Notes under the pieces: generated by a model
Told to the model about the DNA's origin: nothing
Database searches by the model: none
The model's input: only the letters and a program-made list of their open reading frames with translations
DNA from: Rebecca billardiae RCC1528
Taxonomy: Eukaryota; Protista; Haptophyta
Direction of reading: 5' to 3'
Length of the DNA stretch: 64,000 bases
Assembly (NCBI GenBank): GCA_965240325.2
Contig: OZ251231.1
Coordinates: forward strand, 682,001 to 746,000
Translations under genes and position numbers: made by a program
Shown: positions 1 through 9,901 of the stretch, piece by piece
Position numbering within the stretch: the stretch's first letter is position 1
Layout of the letters: each line of letters begins with the position of its first letter

Positions 1-334
1 GGCTGGGCACTCCTGCAGCGCCGTGCTGGGCGCGGATGGCAGCGTGCACACGTTCGGCGAGAACCACGGGGGCGAGCTGGGTCATGGGCACACGATGGGG
101 CTCGCGGCGCCGGAGCGCGTGCTGAGCCTGGCCCACGAGCGCGTCGTGTGTTGCTCGCTCGGTCGGTCGCACGCGCTGTTTGTGACGGTGGACGGCGGCG
201 TGCACTCGTGCGGTAAGCAGTCGGGTGCGCTCGGGCACGGCGTGAGCGCGGCCGTGGCGACACAGGATGTGAATCGCCCATCGAGCATTGCTCAGCTGCG
301 GTGCGCGAGACGATGCACGGAAAGGAGTGACTAG
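1..334 (+). CDS. RCC1/BLIP-II repeat protein, C-terminal part (5' truncated by window edge)
   Basis: RCC1 repeat motifs DGSVHTFGENHGGELGHG and SLGRSHALFVTVDGGVHSCG..GALGHG; frame is open from the window start. Confidence 0.85.
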   Translation, partial: AGHSCSAVLGADGSVHTFGENHGGELGHGHTMGLAAPERVLSLAHERVVCCSLGRSHALFVTVDGGVHSCGKQSGALGHGVSAAVATQDVNRPSSIAQLRCARRCTERSD

Positions 335-491
335 ACAAGGGCGCCGTATTCATCGTCGTGTCGCGCTATATGATGCGCGCATGTATCTCGTCTCTCTCTC
401 TCTCTCTCTCTCTCTACTTCTAAAGACGACGATGATGATATGTTACCCGGACTGCGCTGGCGAGCTCCGAGGCTCGACTCAGTCGCAGTCG

Positions 492-2633
492 TCACGCCTC
501 GTACGCCGACGACGCTGCCGCAGAGCCTGATGACTCGTAGCCGCCACCATAGTCTTTGAGGTCGTCGCCGAGGTGGTTGTGCTCGCGATGCGGCATGCTG
601 GGGGCGCCACGCTCGGGAGACTCGTCCGGCCGGCCGCCCCTGGCGGACAGATGCCCTCGAAGCCGCGTCTCAGTGCTGCTGCGCTCGCCAAGCCCGGCCG
701 CGCCCAGGCGGTCGGAGCCCGAGCGGTCGGCATCCGCTCGGCCCGCCGTGCCGTCCACAGCCGTCTGTGCCGGCCCGGCGCCGGACTCCATGGAGGAGGA
801 GAGCGACACGCCGAGCGCGAGGAGCCGCTGGCTGAGCTCGGGCGAGAACGGGACCACGTCCGGTGTGCCCTTCGTGCGCGCACGTGGCGCGCGCACGCTG
901 CCCGCCCGCCAGTGCGCGTCTTCCGCCCTTCCGCTCGAGCGGTCCGGACGCACGTCGAGCTGCGCGCCGGCAGCCGGCTCGGGATCGGAGTAATCGGAGT
1001 AGCCCTGCGGCGAGCGCCAGCCGTGCGCAACGAGCTCGGTCGTGGCCTCGCCCTCGTCGACGATCGCGGCGTCGAGACCCACCGCGAAGCGCGTCACGCT
1101 ATGCGCACGCCCGTGCGGCGAGCCCGCGCGGCGCGCGGGCGACGCGCGGCGCCGCGGCCGCGCGAGCGCTGCGCCGTCCAGCGCACCTGCGCCGGCGACG
1201 CTCAGCAGAAGGGAGTCGGCAGACCTGGTGAGATCGGGCTCGAAGGTGCACTCGGCGAGCTCGGCCTGTGCCGCCTCGCGCTGCGCGCGCGCGCGCTTCT
1301 CCTCGAGGCGCTGCTGCCGCATCTCCGCCGCCTCGAAGAGCCGCTCGTACACACTGCCGCCGTCGCCGCCGCCGCCGCCGCCGCCGCGGCCGCCGCGGCT
1401 GCGCGTCGGGCTGCTGCTGCCACGCCCGGCGCGCCACAGTGTGCTGGTCGCCGTGTCGGCGCGCTCGTGCCCAGCGCCGGATGCGCGCGAGTGGGTGTAT
1501 CCCGAGGGCGACGGGGACGGCGCGCGCTCGCCCGCGCGAGAGCTCGGCGCCGGGGACCTCGGCGCCGGCACCTCGCGCGAGGCAGCGCTGCCCGGCCGCG
1601 GCCGCGGGGGCTCGGAGCGCGGGGCGTCCGCGCGCAGGGTCCGGCGCCAGGCGACGGTGGTCAGCGGCGGCGGCGGCGGCGAGGACGGCATGCGCAGAGG
1701 CGAGGTGGCGCGCAGCGGGCGGCGCGGCGAGGAGCGCGCGCGGAGCATCGCCTCCCGCTGCGCCTCCGCCGCCGCCTGCGCCTCCTTCCGCGCGCGCGCC
1801 GCCGCAACCGCCGCCTCTCGCGCGGCGGCGCGCGCCGCGAGCGCGTCCGCTCGCCTCCGCTCGCGTTCGCGCGCCTCGCGGAGGAGCAGGCGGTGCTCGC
1901 GCGTGGCCGGTGGCCACCTGCGCCGCGCGGCGCGCTGGAGGGTGCGCGCGGCGGTGTGCACCGCGCGCATCTCGCGCCGCAGCGCGTACCCGCGCCACGC
2001 CGCCTGGATGCGCACGGCGCGCGGCGCCAGCCGAGGCGCGTGCCGGCTGATGCGCTCGAGAGCGCGCTGCAGCTGCGACGCGGCCTCCTGCCGTCGCGCG
2101 AGCGAGCGCATCTCGGCGTCGGCGCGGACACGCTCAGCGTACGTGCCACGCTCGAACGAGGCGCTACGCGAGGGCGAGGGCGGGCCCTGTTGCCGCCCGT
2201 TCAGCCACGGCGAGCCCGCGCGCGCACGCGCGGTCAGCGCGGGCGCGCGGTGCGCATCTCGGAACAGCCGCTCGTGAATCGAGCCCTCGGCGGCGTCGGA
2301 GGTGGGCTTCGACGCGACGGCGTGCGGGGCGGGGCGTGCGGGCGAGAATGCTCGGTAGTATGCTGACGGCGGCCGTGCGGCGTGCTCGCGGTGCAGCCGC
2401 TCGTGGATCGGGAGGCCATCGTCCGCAGCCGCGCCGTTCGCCCGAAGCGGCACCGCCGACCGCCCCGCGCGCGCAGGCGACGAGGCACGGCCAGCCGATG
2501 ACGGGCGGCGGGCCGGGAGCCTGCCGGTGGGCCGATTCGCCCACCACGACTCAGCCTCGGCACCCGCCTCCATCTGGACGTGTTCGAGGTAGGCAGCGTG
2601 CAGGGTCGCGCCAGCCGTCGAGCTGGGCGACAT
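492..2633 (-). CDS. IQ-motif, low-complexity coiled-coil protein
   Basis: 715-aa ORF with IQ motif AVRIQAAWRGYALRR, repeated IHERL/VYERLF motifs and ELAECTFEP motif; first ATG at 2633. Confidence 0.65.
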   Translation of the reverse strand: MSPSSTAGATLHAAYLEHVQMEAGAEAESWWANRPTGRLPARRPSSAGRASSPARAGRSAVPLRANGAAADDGLPIHERLHREHAARPPSAYYRAFSPARPAPHAVASKPTSDAAEGSIHERLFRDAHRAPALTARARAGSPWLNGRQQGPPSPSRSASFERGTYAERVRADAEMRSLARRQEAASQLQRALERISRHAPRLAPRAVRIQAAWRGYALRREMRAVHTAARTLQRAARRRWPPATREHRLLLREARERERRRADALAARAAAREAAVAAARARKEAQAAAEAQREAMLRARSSPRRPLRATSPLRMPSSPPPPPLTTVAWRRTLRADAPRSEPPRPRPGSAASREVPAPRSPAPSSRAGERAPSPSPSGYTHSRASGAGHERADTATSTLWRAGRGSSSPTRSRGGRGGGGGGGDGGSVYERLFEAAEMRQQRLEEKRARAQREAAQAELAECTFEPDLTRSADSLLLSVAGAGALDGAALARPRRRASPARRAGSPHGRAHSVTRFAVGLDAAIVDEGEATTELVAHGWRSPQGYSDYSDPEPAAGAQLDVRPDRSSGRAEDAHWRAGSVRAPRARTKGTPDVVPFSPELSQRLLALGVSLSSSMESGAGPAQTAVDGTAGRADADRSGSDRLGAAGLGERSSTETRLRGHLSARGGRPDESPERGAPSMPHREHNHLGDDLKDYGGGYESSGSAAASSAYEA

Positions 2634-2736
2634 CCTCACCGGTTGCGTTTGGGGCAGGCGAAAAGCGGCCCAAAAGTTTGGGCCACGATATTCGTCAAAC
2701 TGTGGCTGATTGGGATGAGCAAGAGCAGAGGCAGCA

Positions 2737-4716
2737 ATGGCGGCGCTGTGCGTGCATGTGATCTTCGTGCTCCTCGCCCAGCTCGAGCAGGGCCCGCCCC
2801 CACGCGGCAGGCGGCTCTGCAGCGTGGGTCATCTGCCACCGCGCTTCACGCCCGAGCCCGTCGAGGCGCCGGGCGCGCTCGATCGCATCGTGCGCGCGCG
2901 CTCGTTCGAACGCGAGCTCGTTCTGCTCGGCACGGATGGCCACTACGTGCACACGGCGGCGGACACGCTGCGCAACCTGCACGCCGTCGGCGTGGCGCAC
3001 GTGATGACGATCGTCCTCCAGCGCAGCTTGTGCGACGAGCTCGTCGCGCTCTTCGCGCCCGCGGGCTGTGCGTGGTCGACACTGTTCGCCTCGGGCGGTT
3101 CGGGTCATTCTACCTCCGGCCAGCTGCTCGGCAAGGGCTCGGGCGTGGCGCGGCGGCACTACCTGCTGCACTTTGCGCTGGAGGCGCGGCTGAACGTGCT
3201 GCAGCTTGATCTCGACACCGTCTTCTTCGACAACCCGTACGTCGCCCTCCACGCGATCATCCCGCCCGGTGGCGGCGGGCTCGCCTGCCACCCGACCTCG
3301 CAGTCCATAGCCAACGGCGGCTTGCTCTATCTCGCAGGGGCGAGCGAGCGCCCGCTGCTCGCGCGGATGATGCGCGAGTACCTAGCTCGGCTCCGCCGTG
3401 CGCTCGATGACCCGATCGCCGAGGCCGGCCGCGTGCTCAGCGTGCTCGGCGAGATGCACCTCGCGGCGGACGTGCTGCGCGCCGCGCCCAACGGCACCGC
3501 TGCCGTTGGTGGCGGCGGCGGCGCTGACGCTGCTAGCGGCGGCGCGGGCGGGGCGGTGATGTTCTCGGCGGAGGAGCGTGAGTTCATCTCGCGCACGATC
3601 GGCGAGTCGATCGGCAACGAGCAGAACACCGCGCACGAGACCATCGTCTCCGCGATCGTGGGCGACTACGGGCGCGGACTCGCACCCAAGTCGCTGCGCG
3701 CCGCATCGATCGCTGTGGCGACGATTGTCAAGGAGGGTAGGCGCAGCAGGGGCAGGGGCGGCAAGGGGATGGGCGAGGCGCGGATCAAGGCGCTACTCGC
3801 GGAGAGCGAGCGCCTGATCCAGCGCTCCGACGCCGTGCAAAGGCGCTGCTCCGCCGCCCTCCGCAAGCGCCACCAGCCGTACGCGCCCGCCGCTCTGGAC
3901 GGCTACCGCCAGCTGGCGTGCGGCGCCCACGGTCTGCGCGAGGAGCTGCTGCGCCGCCGCGACAGGACGGGGTCGTGGTGGGCGCTCGCGCGGCCGGCGG
4001 ACGAGCGCGGCCCGCCGTGCGACCACGGGTGCGGCGTCATCGCGCTGCTGCCGCGCTGGACCTACACGATGAATAACGAGCTGATCGTGGAGCTCAAGAT
4101 GTGCGCACACGTGAACTGCGGCAGGCGCCGCGCGCCCGCGAACGGCAGGCTGCCAGACCGGCGCCGGCTGCTCGCGAAAGGGAGCGGCGATGGCGCGGCC
4201 TGGTGGCCGCTCGTCGCAGCGCACCACCTGGACAAGGACGAGCACCGGCTGCTCCAGGCGCGCGTGCTCGCGCAGCTCCTCCCGCTGCAGTCGCCCGCCG
4301 ACGAGCTGGCCGCTGCGCCGGTGGCCATCGAGCGCGCGCCCGCGCACGTCCGCGCCCGCTTGCACGGCATCAAGAGCGTGAAAGTGCCGCCCGGGCGGCG
4401 GCCGGCGTGGTCGGTGGCCTTCGACGTGTGCGCGAAGCTGCGCGCCCGCGGGTTCAACGGCACGTACCCTGAGAGCGGCGGCCGGCTCGCCAACTACTCG
4501 CCCGGGTTTGTGAAGGACCATCGTGAGAAGTGGGCGGTGCTGTGCGACTCGGGGCCTGCGGCCACAGCGATGGACGACGCCGCGGCCCGTGGCGACGCCA
4601 CCCCGGTGCGCCGCTCGTATGCGCGGATGCGCGTGACGGCAGGCGAGTCGCGTTGGCTGTCGTGCCTGCCGCGCAGGGTCTGCGAGCTCAGGGGTGGACC
4701 CCGTCGGGAGCTATAG
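2737..4716 (+). CDS. Nucleotide-diphospho-sugar transferase (GT77-like), secretory
   Basis: Hydrophobic N-terminus; LNVLQLDLDTVFFDNPY (DxD) followed by ANGGLLYL and a later EQ motif, typical of Nucleotid_trans. Confidence 0.7.
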   Translation: MAALCVHVIFVLLAQLEQGPPPRGRRLCSVGHLPPRFTPEPVEAPGALDRIVRARSFERELVLLGTDGHYVHTAADTLRNLHAVGVAHVMTIVLQRSLCDELVALFAPAGCAWSTLFASGGSGHSTSGQLLGKGSGVARRHYLLHFALEARLNVLQLDLDTVFFDNPYVALHAIIPPGGGGLACHPTSQSIANGGLLYLAGASERPLLARMMREYLARLRRALDDPIAEAGRVLSVLGEMHLAADVLRAAPNGTAAVGGGGGADAASGGAGGAVMFSAEEREFISRTIGESIGNEQNTAHETIVSAIVGDYGRGLAPKSLRAASIAVATIVKEGRRSRGRGGKGMGEARIKALLAESERLIQRSDAVQRRCSAALRKRHQPYAPAALDGYRQLACGAHGLREELLRRRDRTGSWWALARPADERGPPCDHGCGVIALLPRWTYTMNNELIVELKMCAHVNCGRRRAPANGRLPDRRRLLAKGSGDGAAWWPLVAAHHLDKDEHRLLQARVLAQLLPLQSPADELAAAPVAIERAPAHVRARLHGIKSVKVPPGRRPAWSVAFDVCAKLRARGFNGTYPESGGRLANYSPGFVKDHREKWAVLCDSGPAATAMDDAAARGDATPVRRSYARMRVTAGESRWLSCLPRRVCELRGGPRREL

Positions 4717-4854
4717 GCTGACTGCGCTGACGACGCGGACAACTTCAGTCGTCTTCAGACGACTGTACGCCACCAGGACTAGATACTAGATATAGTACAT
4801 AGTATATAGCTAACGCGACCAGGACTATAGCTAGGTACTAGATATAGCATACAT

Positions 4855-4919
4855 GTATATATATATATATATCGAGCCAATATATATATTATCGTGCAGC
4901 TAATAATAGCAACCAGCAG

Positions 4920-4953
<34 letters not shown>

Positions 4954-4968
4954 ATATATATATATATA
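4855..4968. repeat. (TA)n microsatellite tracts
   Basis: Direct reading of TA runs. Confidence 0.9.
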
Positions 4969-5267
4969 ACTCATAACTACTAAGTAGTATAACAAGCAGT
5001 CACAAGTAGCTCAGATACATACTACAACTACTACGACAGCTACAGCAGAATCTAGCTAGCAGATGTCATCGGCGTATATAGTGGCGGCTCCTCATCATCT
5101 AGACCAGTCATAGCCTGAGACCTAGTCCGACCTGTGACGGTCTCAGCATACTCTGCAACTTGCTGAACCTGAGGCTGATGCTGCGCTGCCCTGCTGGTGG
5201 CTTAACGGCTGGCTGGTGCGGGTGGACCGGGCGGGAATGAAGCTGGCTAGACGAGTCTGGTCCTCGT

Positions 5268-5679
5268 TATTCGGGCACAGACTCATCATCATTCATCATC
5301 TGGCCGGCTGCGTGGGGCCAGGCCCAGGGGCAGCGCGGTACACTTCATTTAGCTAGTCACTGTCAGCGGGCACTGCTGCGCGCGGCGGCAGACGCCGCCC
5401 CGATCTCGCCTGCCTGAGCTGTGTGCGTCTCTTATTCTTAGTAACTGTAGTACTACATAGCATTACTAATTGAACTATTCGGGCACAGACTCATCATCAT
5501 TCATCATCTGGCCGGCTGCGTGGGGCCAGGCCCAGGGACAGCGCGGTGCACTTCATTTAGCTAGTCACTGTCTGCTGCGCGCGGCGGCAGACGCCGCCCC
5601 GATCTCGCGCCTGCCTGAGCTGTGTGCGTCTCTTGTTCTTAGTAACTGTAGTACTACATAGCATTACTAATTGAACTAT
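5268..5679 (+). repeat. Tandem duplication of ~205-210 bp; each unit carries one copy of dispersed repeat A
   Basis: tattcgggcacagactcatc...ttgaac occurs at 5268 and again at 5477. Confidence 0.9.
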
Positions 5680-6003
5680 GTCCCGCCGGCAGTCAGCCTC
5701 GTCCTGATGCAGGTCTGCAGCCGTCTGCTGCGGGAGCCCTGCCCATCACGCCCACTCCGGGCCGCTCCGCGCCGCCCCGTCACGGACACGGATCGCAGCA
5801 CGGGACGACAACGACTTGTACCGCGTACTAGCAGCTTCCGGTCGTACTAGTATGACGCATCACGCAATGTGAGCTGCACCGTCGACCGCTGCTACGTGCC
5901 GCACTCCGTCATCCATTTCATATATGCCGCGCATCATCCCGGTTATGTCGAGCCGCACGGATGACTGGCGGACGAGTGCTGCTGACGATGCTGGTTTAAG
6001 GCA

Positions 6004-7969
6004 TCATCGTGGCGCGCCGTCACAGGCCATCGCCACCTGCACGCGAAACTTCAAGTTGCCGGCGGGTGACGCTGCGGCAAGGCGCTTACCTGCGGCTGCG
6101 TCGTGAGCGTCATCAGCAGCAGAATTGTTGTATGCCGCTGCTGCTGGCCCCTCCGCATGATTCGTACCATCACCCGCCGTCGGAAGCATCAAGTGCTGCC
6201 GCGCGTTGAGCTCAGCAGGCAGCTTGCGCAGCACCTTGGACATCAGCTTCAGACACGAAATCCCGCGCCAATGCTTCACGCGGCCGGAGTACACAGTGGT
6301 GCCGACGACGTTGCGATCGGCAGCATCATCGTCAATCTTGTCACCGCGTCCGCTCCTGCGAGCGCTGGCGGTGCTGTTGGGGCCAGCTCGCGGGTGCATC
6401 GCGAAACTTTCGACTGCCTTCAGCATCTGCGCAGCGACCCACCGTCGCGCGGGCTCGGATGGCGGCGACGTAATCACAACGCCACCGTAAACGTTGGCCA
6501 GGCGCGCACGCGCGAGCTGCTGCACCGCACCAGCCGTGCACGCACCAGACCGGCTCACGTTGGTCGCGCAGAACTGCGCATACCAGTCGAACGCGCCGCG
6601 CTTGGCCCTGCAGTGCATCTCAGTGCCGGTCTTGTCCTTGGCGTGGACTCCGCCGGCGCCGCCGCACTGTGTGAACCACGGTGGCGTGGCGATGTACTCG
6701 CGCCACGACGACGACCGCTGGCGCACGGCCAGCGCATCCTGGCGACTGGCAGTCGTCATCTCCGAAGGCGCTGCGTGTTCGTCGGCCAGCTGCTCGAGCA
6801 CAACAGTGCCGGCTTGCGCGCTGTGCGGCGGCCAAAAGAGCATGGAGTTGATGATGCAGTAGTCCGAGATGAAGACTTGCGAGTCGAGCGGTCTGTGTGA
6901 TTTCGCCTCCTCCCACCAGTAGGCGTTGACCCAGTGTGATTCCGCACAGGCCGAGGGCCACATGGCGGCGGGCGTACGGCACGCGCGATCGACGCGCACC
7001 TGCATGCCACCAGGCGCCGAAGCGTTGGGCACCACGGGCCATCGCACGTGCACGAGCTCGCGAGCCGCGTGCGGGGACAGCACGTAGGCGGTCGCAGAGA
7101 CTGCGCAAGCATGCGCGGAGGGCACGCGGGCACGACCGCAGAACGTGAGCGCACGTGCCAGCACAGGTGACAGGCCACAGGGGCGGAGGCGCGGACGTCC
7201 AGTCTGCCTAACTGTCGGCAACTGCCGGCACCGTCATGGTATCGTAAGAGCGCGCGCTGTCTCACGTACATGGCAGTGGGCTGAGGCCGCATGGTTCTCC
7301 GCCTCGTCCACGGGCGAAAAGGTGCACCTTGTCCAGCACGTGCGGTCGGCCAAGCCGCGCCCAGAGCCGCATGAGCGCCGCCCAGTGCTCCGCCTGCGAG
7401 ACCTTGGTCTCGAGCTGCACGATCGACCAATGCTCGGGCTCGAGCGAGCCAACGAGAGCCCGTATCGAGCTGCCGTGTGCACCGTGCACCTCGCCGGGCG
7501 CATTTGCCGGGTCGTTGGCCGCCAGCACGCCCTGGTAGCCGACCAGTGGCGTGAAGGCTACATCGTCTTCCAGAATCAGGTACGCCGGCGCGCTCGGCTC
7601 GGTGGCGAGCGCAGTCCAAGCAGCCCTGAGATGCGACAGCGTGATGGCGTCCTCGACGGTCGGCGCGTGGCCATCAGCCCAGTAAGCGCCACGCGCAATG
7701 CGTGCCACATCCGAGACGAGCACGCCCGGCACGCGGGTCGCGCACACGCCCGGTGCCAGCAGGGCAGGCAGGCGCGCCTGCATCTTGCGACGCCTACGAC
7801 CAGCAGCATCCATGTTGATCCAGAACGTTGGCACGTCGATACACGTAAGACGTCGGGGCGCAGAGGTCGCTTCAGCGCGAAACTTCGGACCGCACACGCG
7901 GTCCGAGACGCGGTGCCGCCCCGAGACTCCGACGGCCACGATGGTCGCAAGGAGTGATGCCGCCACCAT
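6004..7969 (-). CDS. GT25-like glycosyltransferase, probably two exons (intron roughly 7101-7330)
   Basis: Signal peptide MVAASLLATIV; FWINMD..RRRKMQ, ITLSHLRAW and YLILEDD in ORF 7262-7984; AYVLSPHAARELV in ORF 6004-7221 after a gcgcag acceptor near 7101. Confidence 0.7.
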
Positions 7970-8164
7970 GGCGGACGACCGCACACATATTCTGAGTTAC
8001 AGTTTACTATGTTTTTACGTGCACACTTGGTTCTATTGATGAGTGTGGCGGTGTCTTGACTATTAGCACGTCCCTATTATAATAATCACGCCTCGACACA
8101 GATAGGACGACGCGGGTCTCCGGCTGATTCGTCGGCTGTATTCGGCCAGTGAGTAGATAGTGCT

Positions 8165-8210
8165 TTTTAAAAATCCCCTTTATAACGGGCTCCGGGTGAT
8201 CAGACTGGCG
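8165..8210 (+). repeat. Dispersed repeat B (TTAAA(A/T)TCCCCTTTATAACGGGCTCCGGGTGATCAGACTGGCG), copy 1
   Basis: Near-identical copies at 31389, 45173 and 58631 (minus strand). Confidence 0.9.
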
Positions 8211-8223
8211 AGCCAAAGGAATC

Positions 8224-9777
8224 TCATGCTCGGAAGTCCCACAGCGGGACTTCTTCGAGCTTACAGGATCGCCAGTGAAGACCTCCCGCGCCCCTCGAGA
8301 TCATACGGAGTTGGCGGCGAGATCGCGCTCTTGCGGCGGGCGGCGGGCGGGAGCGCGCGCCGGCGCTCGCTCGCGCGCTCGCTGCCCGCAGCGCGCGCGT
8401 CAGGTCGTCGTGAGCGCTTGCGCGCCGGCGCTAGGGCGCGTGCCACCTGCGCACGCCGCTGGTTCGCGCCTGCGCGCTCTGCTCCGCCGCTGCGGCGCTT
8501 GCGAGCGCTCGCCGTGTCTTGCGCCGGCTCCCGGCCCGCCGCGTCGAAAGCCTGGTTGTGCGGCCAGCCAAGTGTGGCGTTTGCGGCTTGGCGCGCGAGC
8601 GCGCGACGCAGCGGATGGCGCGTGTGAGCCGTCCAGCCAGTGTCACTCGCCTCGTGCGCCGCGCGCCGACCGCGCGCCCCAGATTCGACGACGAGCGCTG
8701 CTCGGTCACGGTGAGACGGGAGTCGGCGCTCCGCATCGCAGAGCCGCGTGTGGTCGCGCAGAAGAGGCCGCGCGTGGCCGGCGCGGCCGCTTTGTGCCGT
8801 GGTCTAGGCTTCAATCGCGTCCGCAGTCGGTGAGAACGCATGCCTCGCCCACGAGGTCACTCATCTTCTGCCCGTACACAGCGCGTGACACGTGAGGTGG
8901 ATTCCAGAAGGTGTCTCGAGGTCACGCCGTCACCGATCGTAGCCACATAAGCCATTGCGTGGAAGAGCTGCGCTCACGGAGATCGTGCACGTGTCATCAG
9001 CGCGCTACCAGACCATAACCATCGAGTTCTTGAAGCCGTATACCAATGGAGTAGGATGGCTGGATGGGTTTGTTCGAGCCCACGGCTGGCGGCACGAGTG
9101 ATACGGCCCGGCACGCAGAGTCAGGTCAAGTCGCCCACTCGTGAGTGCGGCGTGACCGCTTGGGCAAGGCAAGCAACTGCGGACGCGATTGAAGCCTAGA
9201 CCACGGCACAAAGCGGCCGCGCCGGCCACGCGCGGCCTCTTCTGCGCGACCACACGCGGCTCTGCGATGCGGAGCGCCGACTCCCGTCTCACCGTGACCG
9301 AGCAGCGCTCGTCGTCGAATCTGGGGCGCGCGGTCGGCGCGCGGCGCACGAGGCGAGTGACGCTGGCTGGACGGCTCACACGCGCCATCCGCTGCGTCGC
9401 GCGCTCGCGCGCCAAGCCGCAAACGCCACACTTGGCTGGCCGCACAACCAGGCTTTCGACGCGGCGGGCCGGAACCGGCGCAAGACACGGCGAGCGCTCG
9501 CAAGCGCCGCAGCGGCGGAGCAGAGCGCGCAGGCGCGAACCAGCGGCGTGCGCAGGTGGCACGCGCCCTAGCGCCGGTGCGCAAGCGCTCACGACGACCT
9601 GACGCGCGCGCTGCGGGCAGCGAGCGCGCGAGCGAGCGCCGGCGCGCGCTCCCGCCCGCCGCCGCCGCAAGAGCGCGATCTCGCCGCCAACTCCGTATGA
9701 TCTCGAGGGGCGCGGGAGGTTTTCACTGGCGATCCTGTAAGCTCGGAGAAGTCCCGCTGTGGGACTTCCGAGCATGA
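8224..9777. mobile_element. Non-autonomous foldback DNA transposon, ~600-bp TIRs, 4-bp TSD AATC
   Basis: Arms 8224-8827 and 9176-9777 are reverse complements with few differences; ends TCATGCTCGG...CCGAGCATGA; AATC at 8220-8223 and 9778-9781. Confidence 0.85.
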
Positions 9778-9901
9778 AATCAAGGGCTGGAGCCTGGACA
9801 GCTAGAGGTTTCGGCCGCATTCCTCCGAAGCGAAACCGGATGACGTCAGCCCCTGAGGCTGCTGAGAAGACTTTTCGAAGCCGCGGCGCGGTGAGCTGGC
9901 G

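Noticed and set aside
8224-9777. Long inverted repeats as sequencing fold-back chimeras
   Set aside because: The arms differ by substitutions and indels, have unique spacers, and are bounded by exact 4-bp duplications. Long reads would settle the point.
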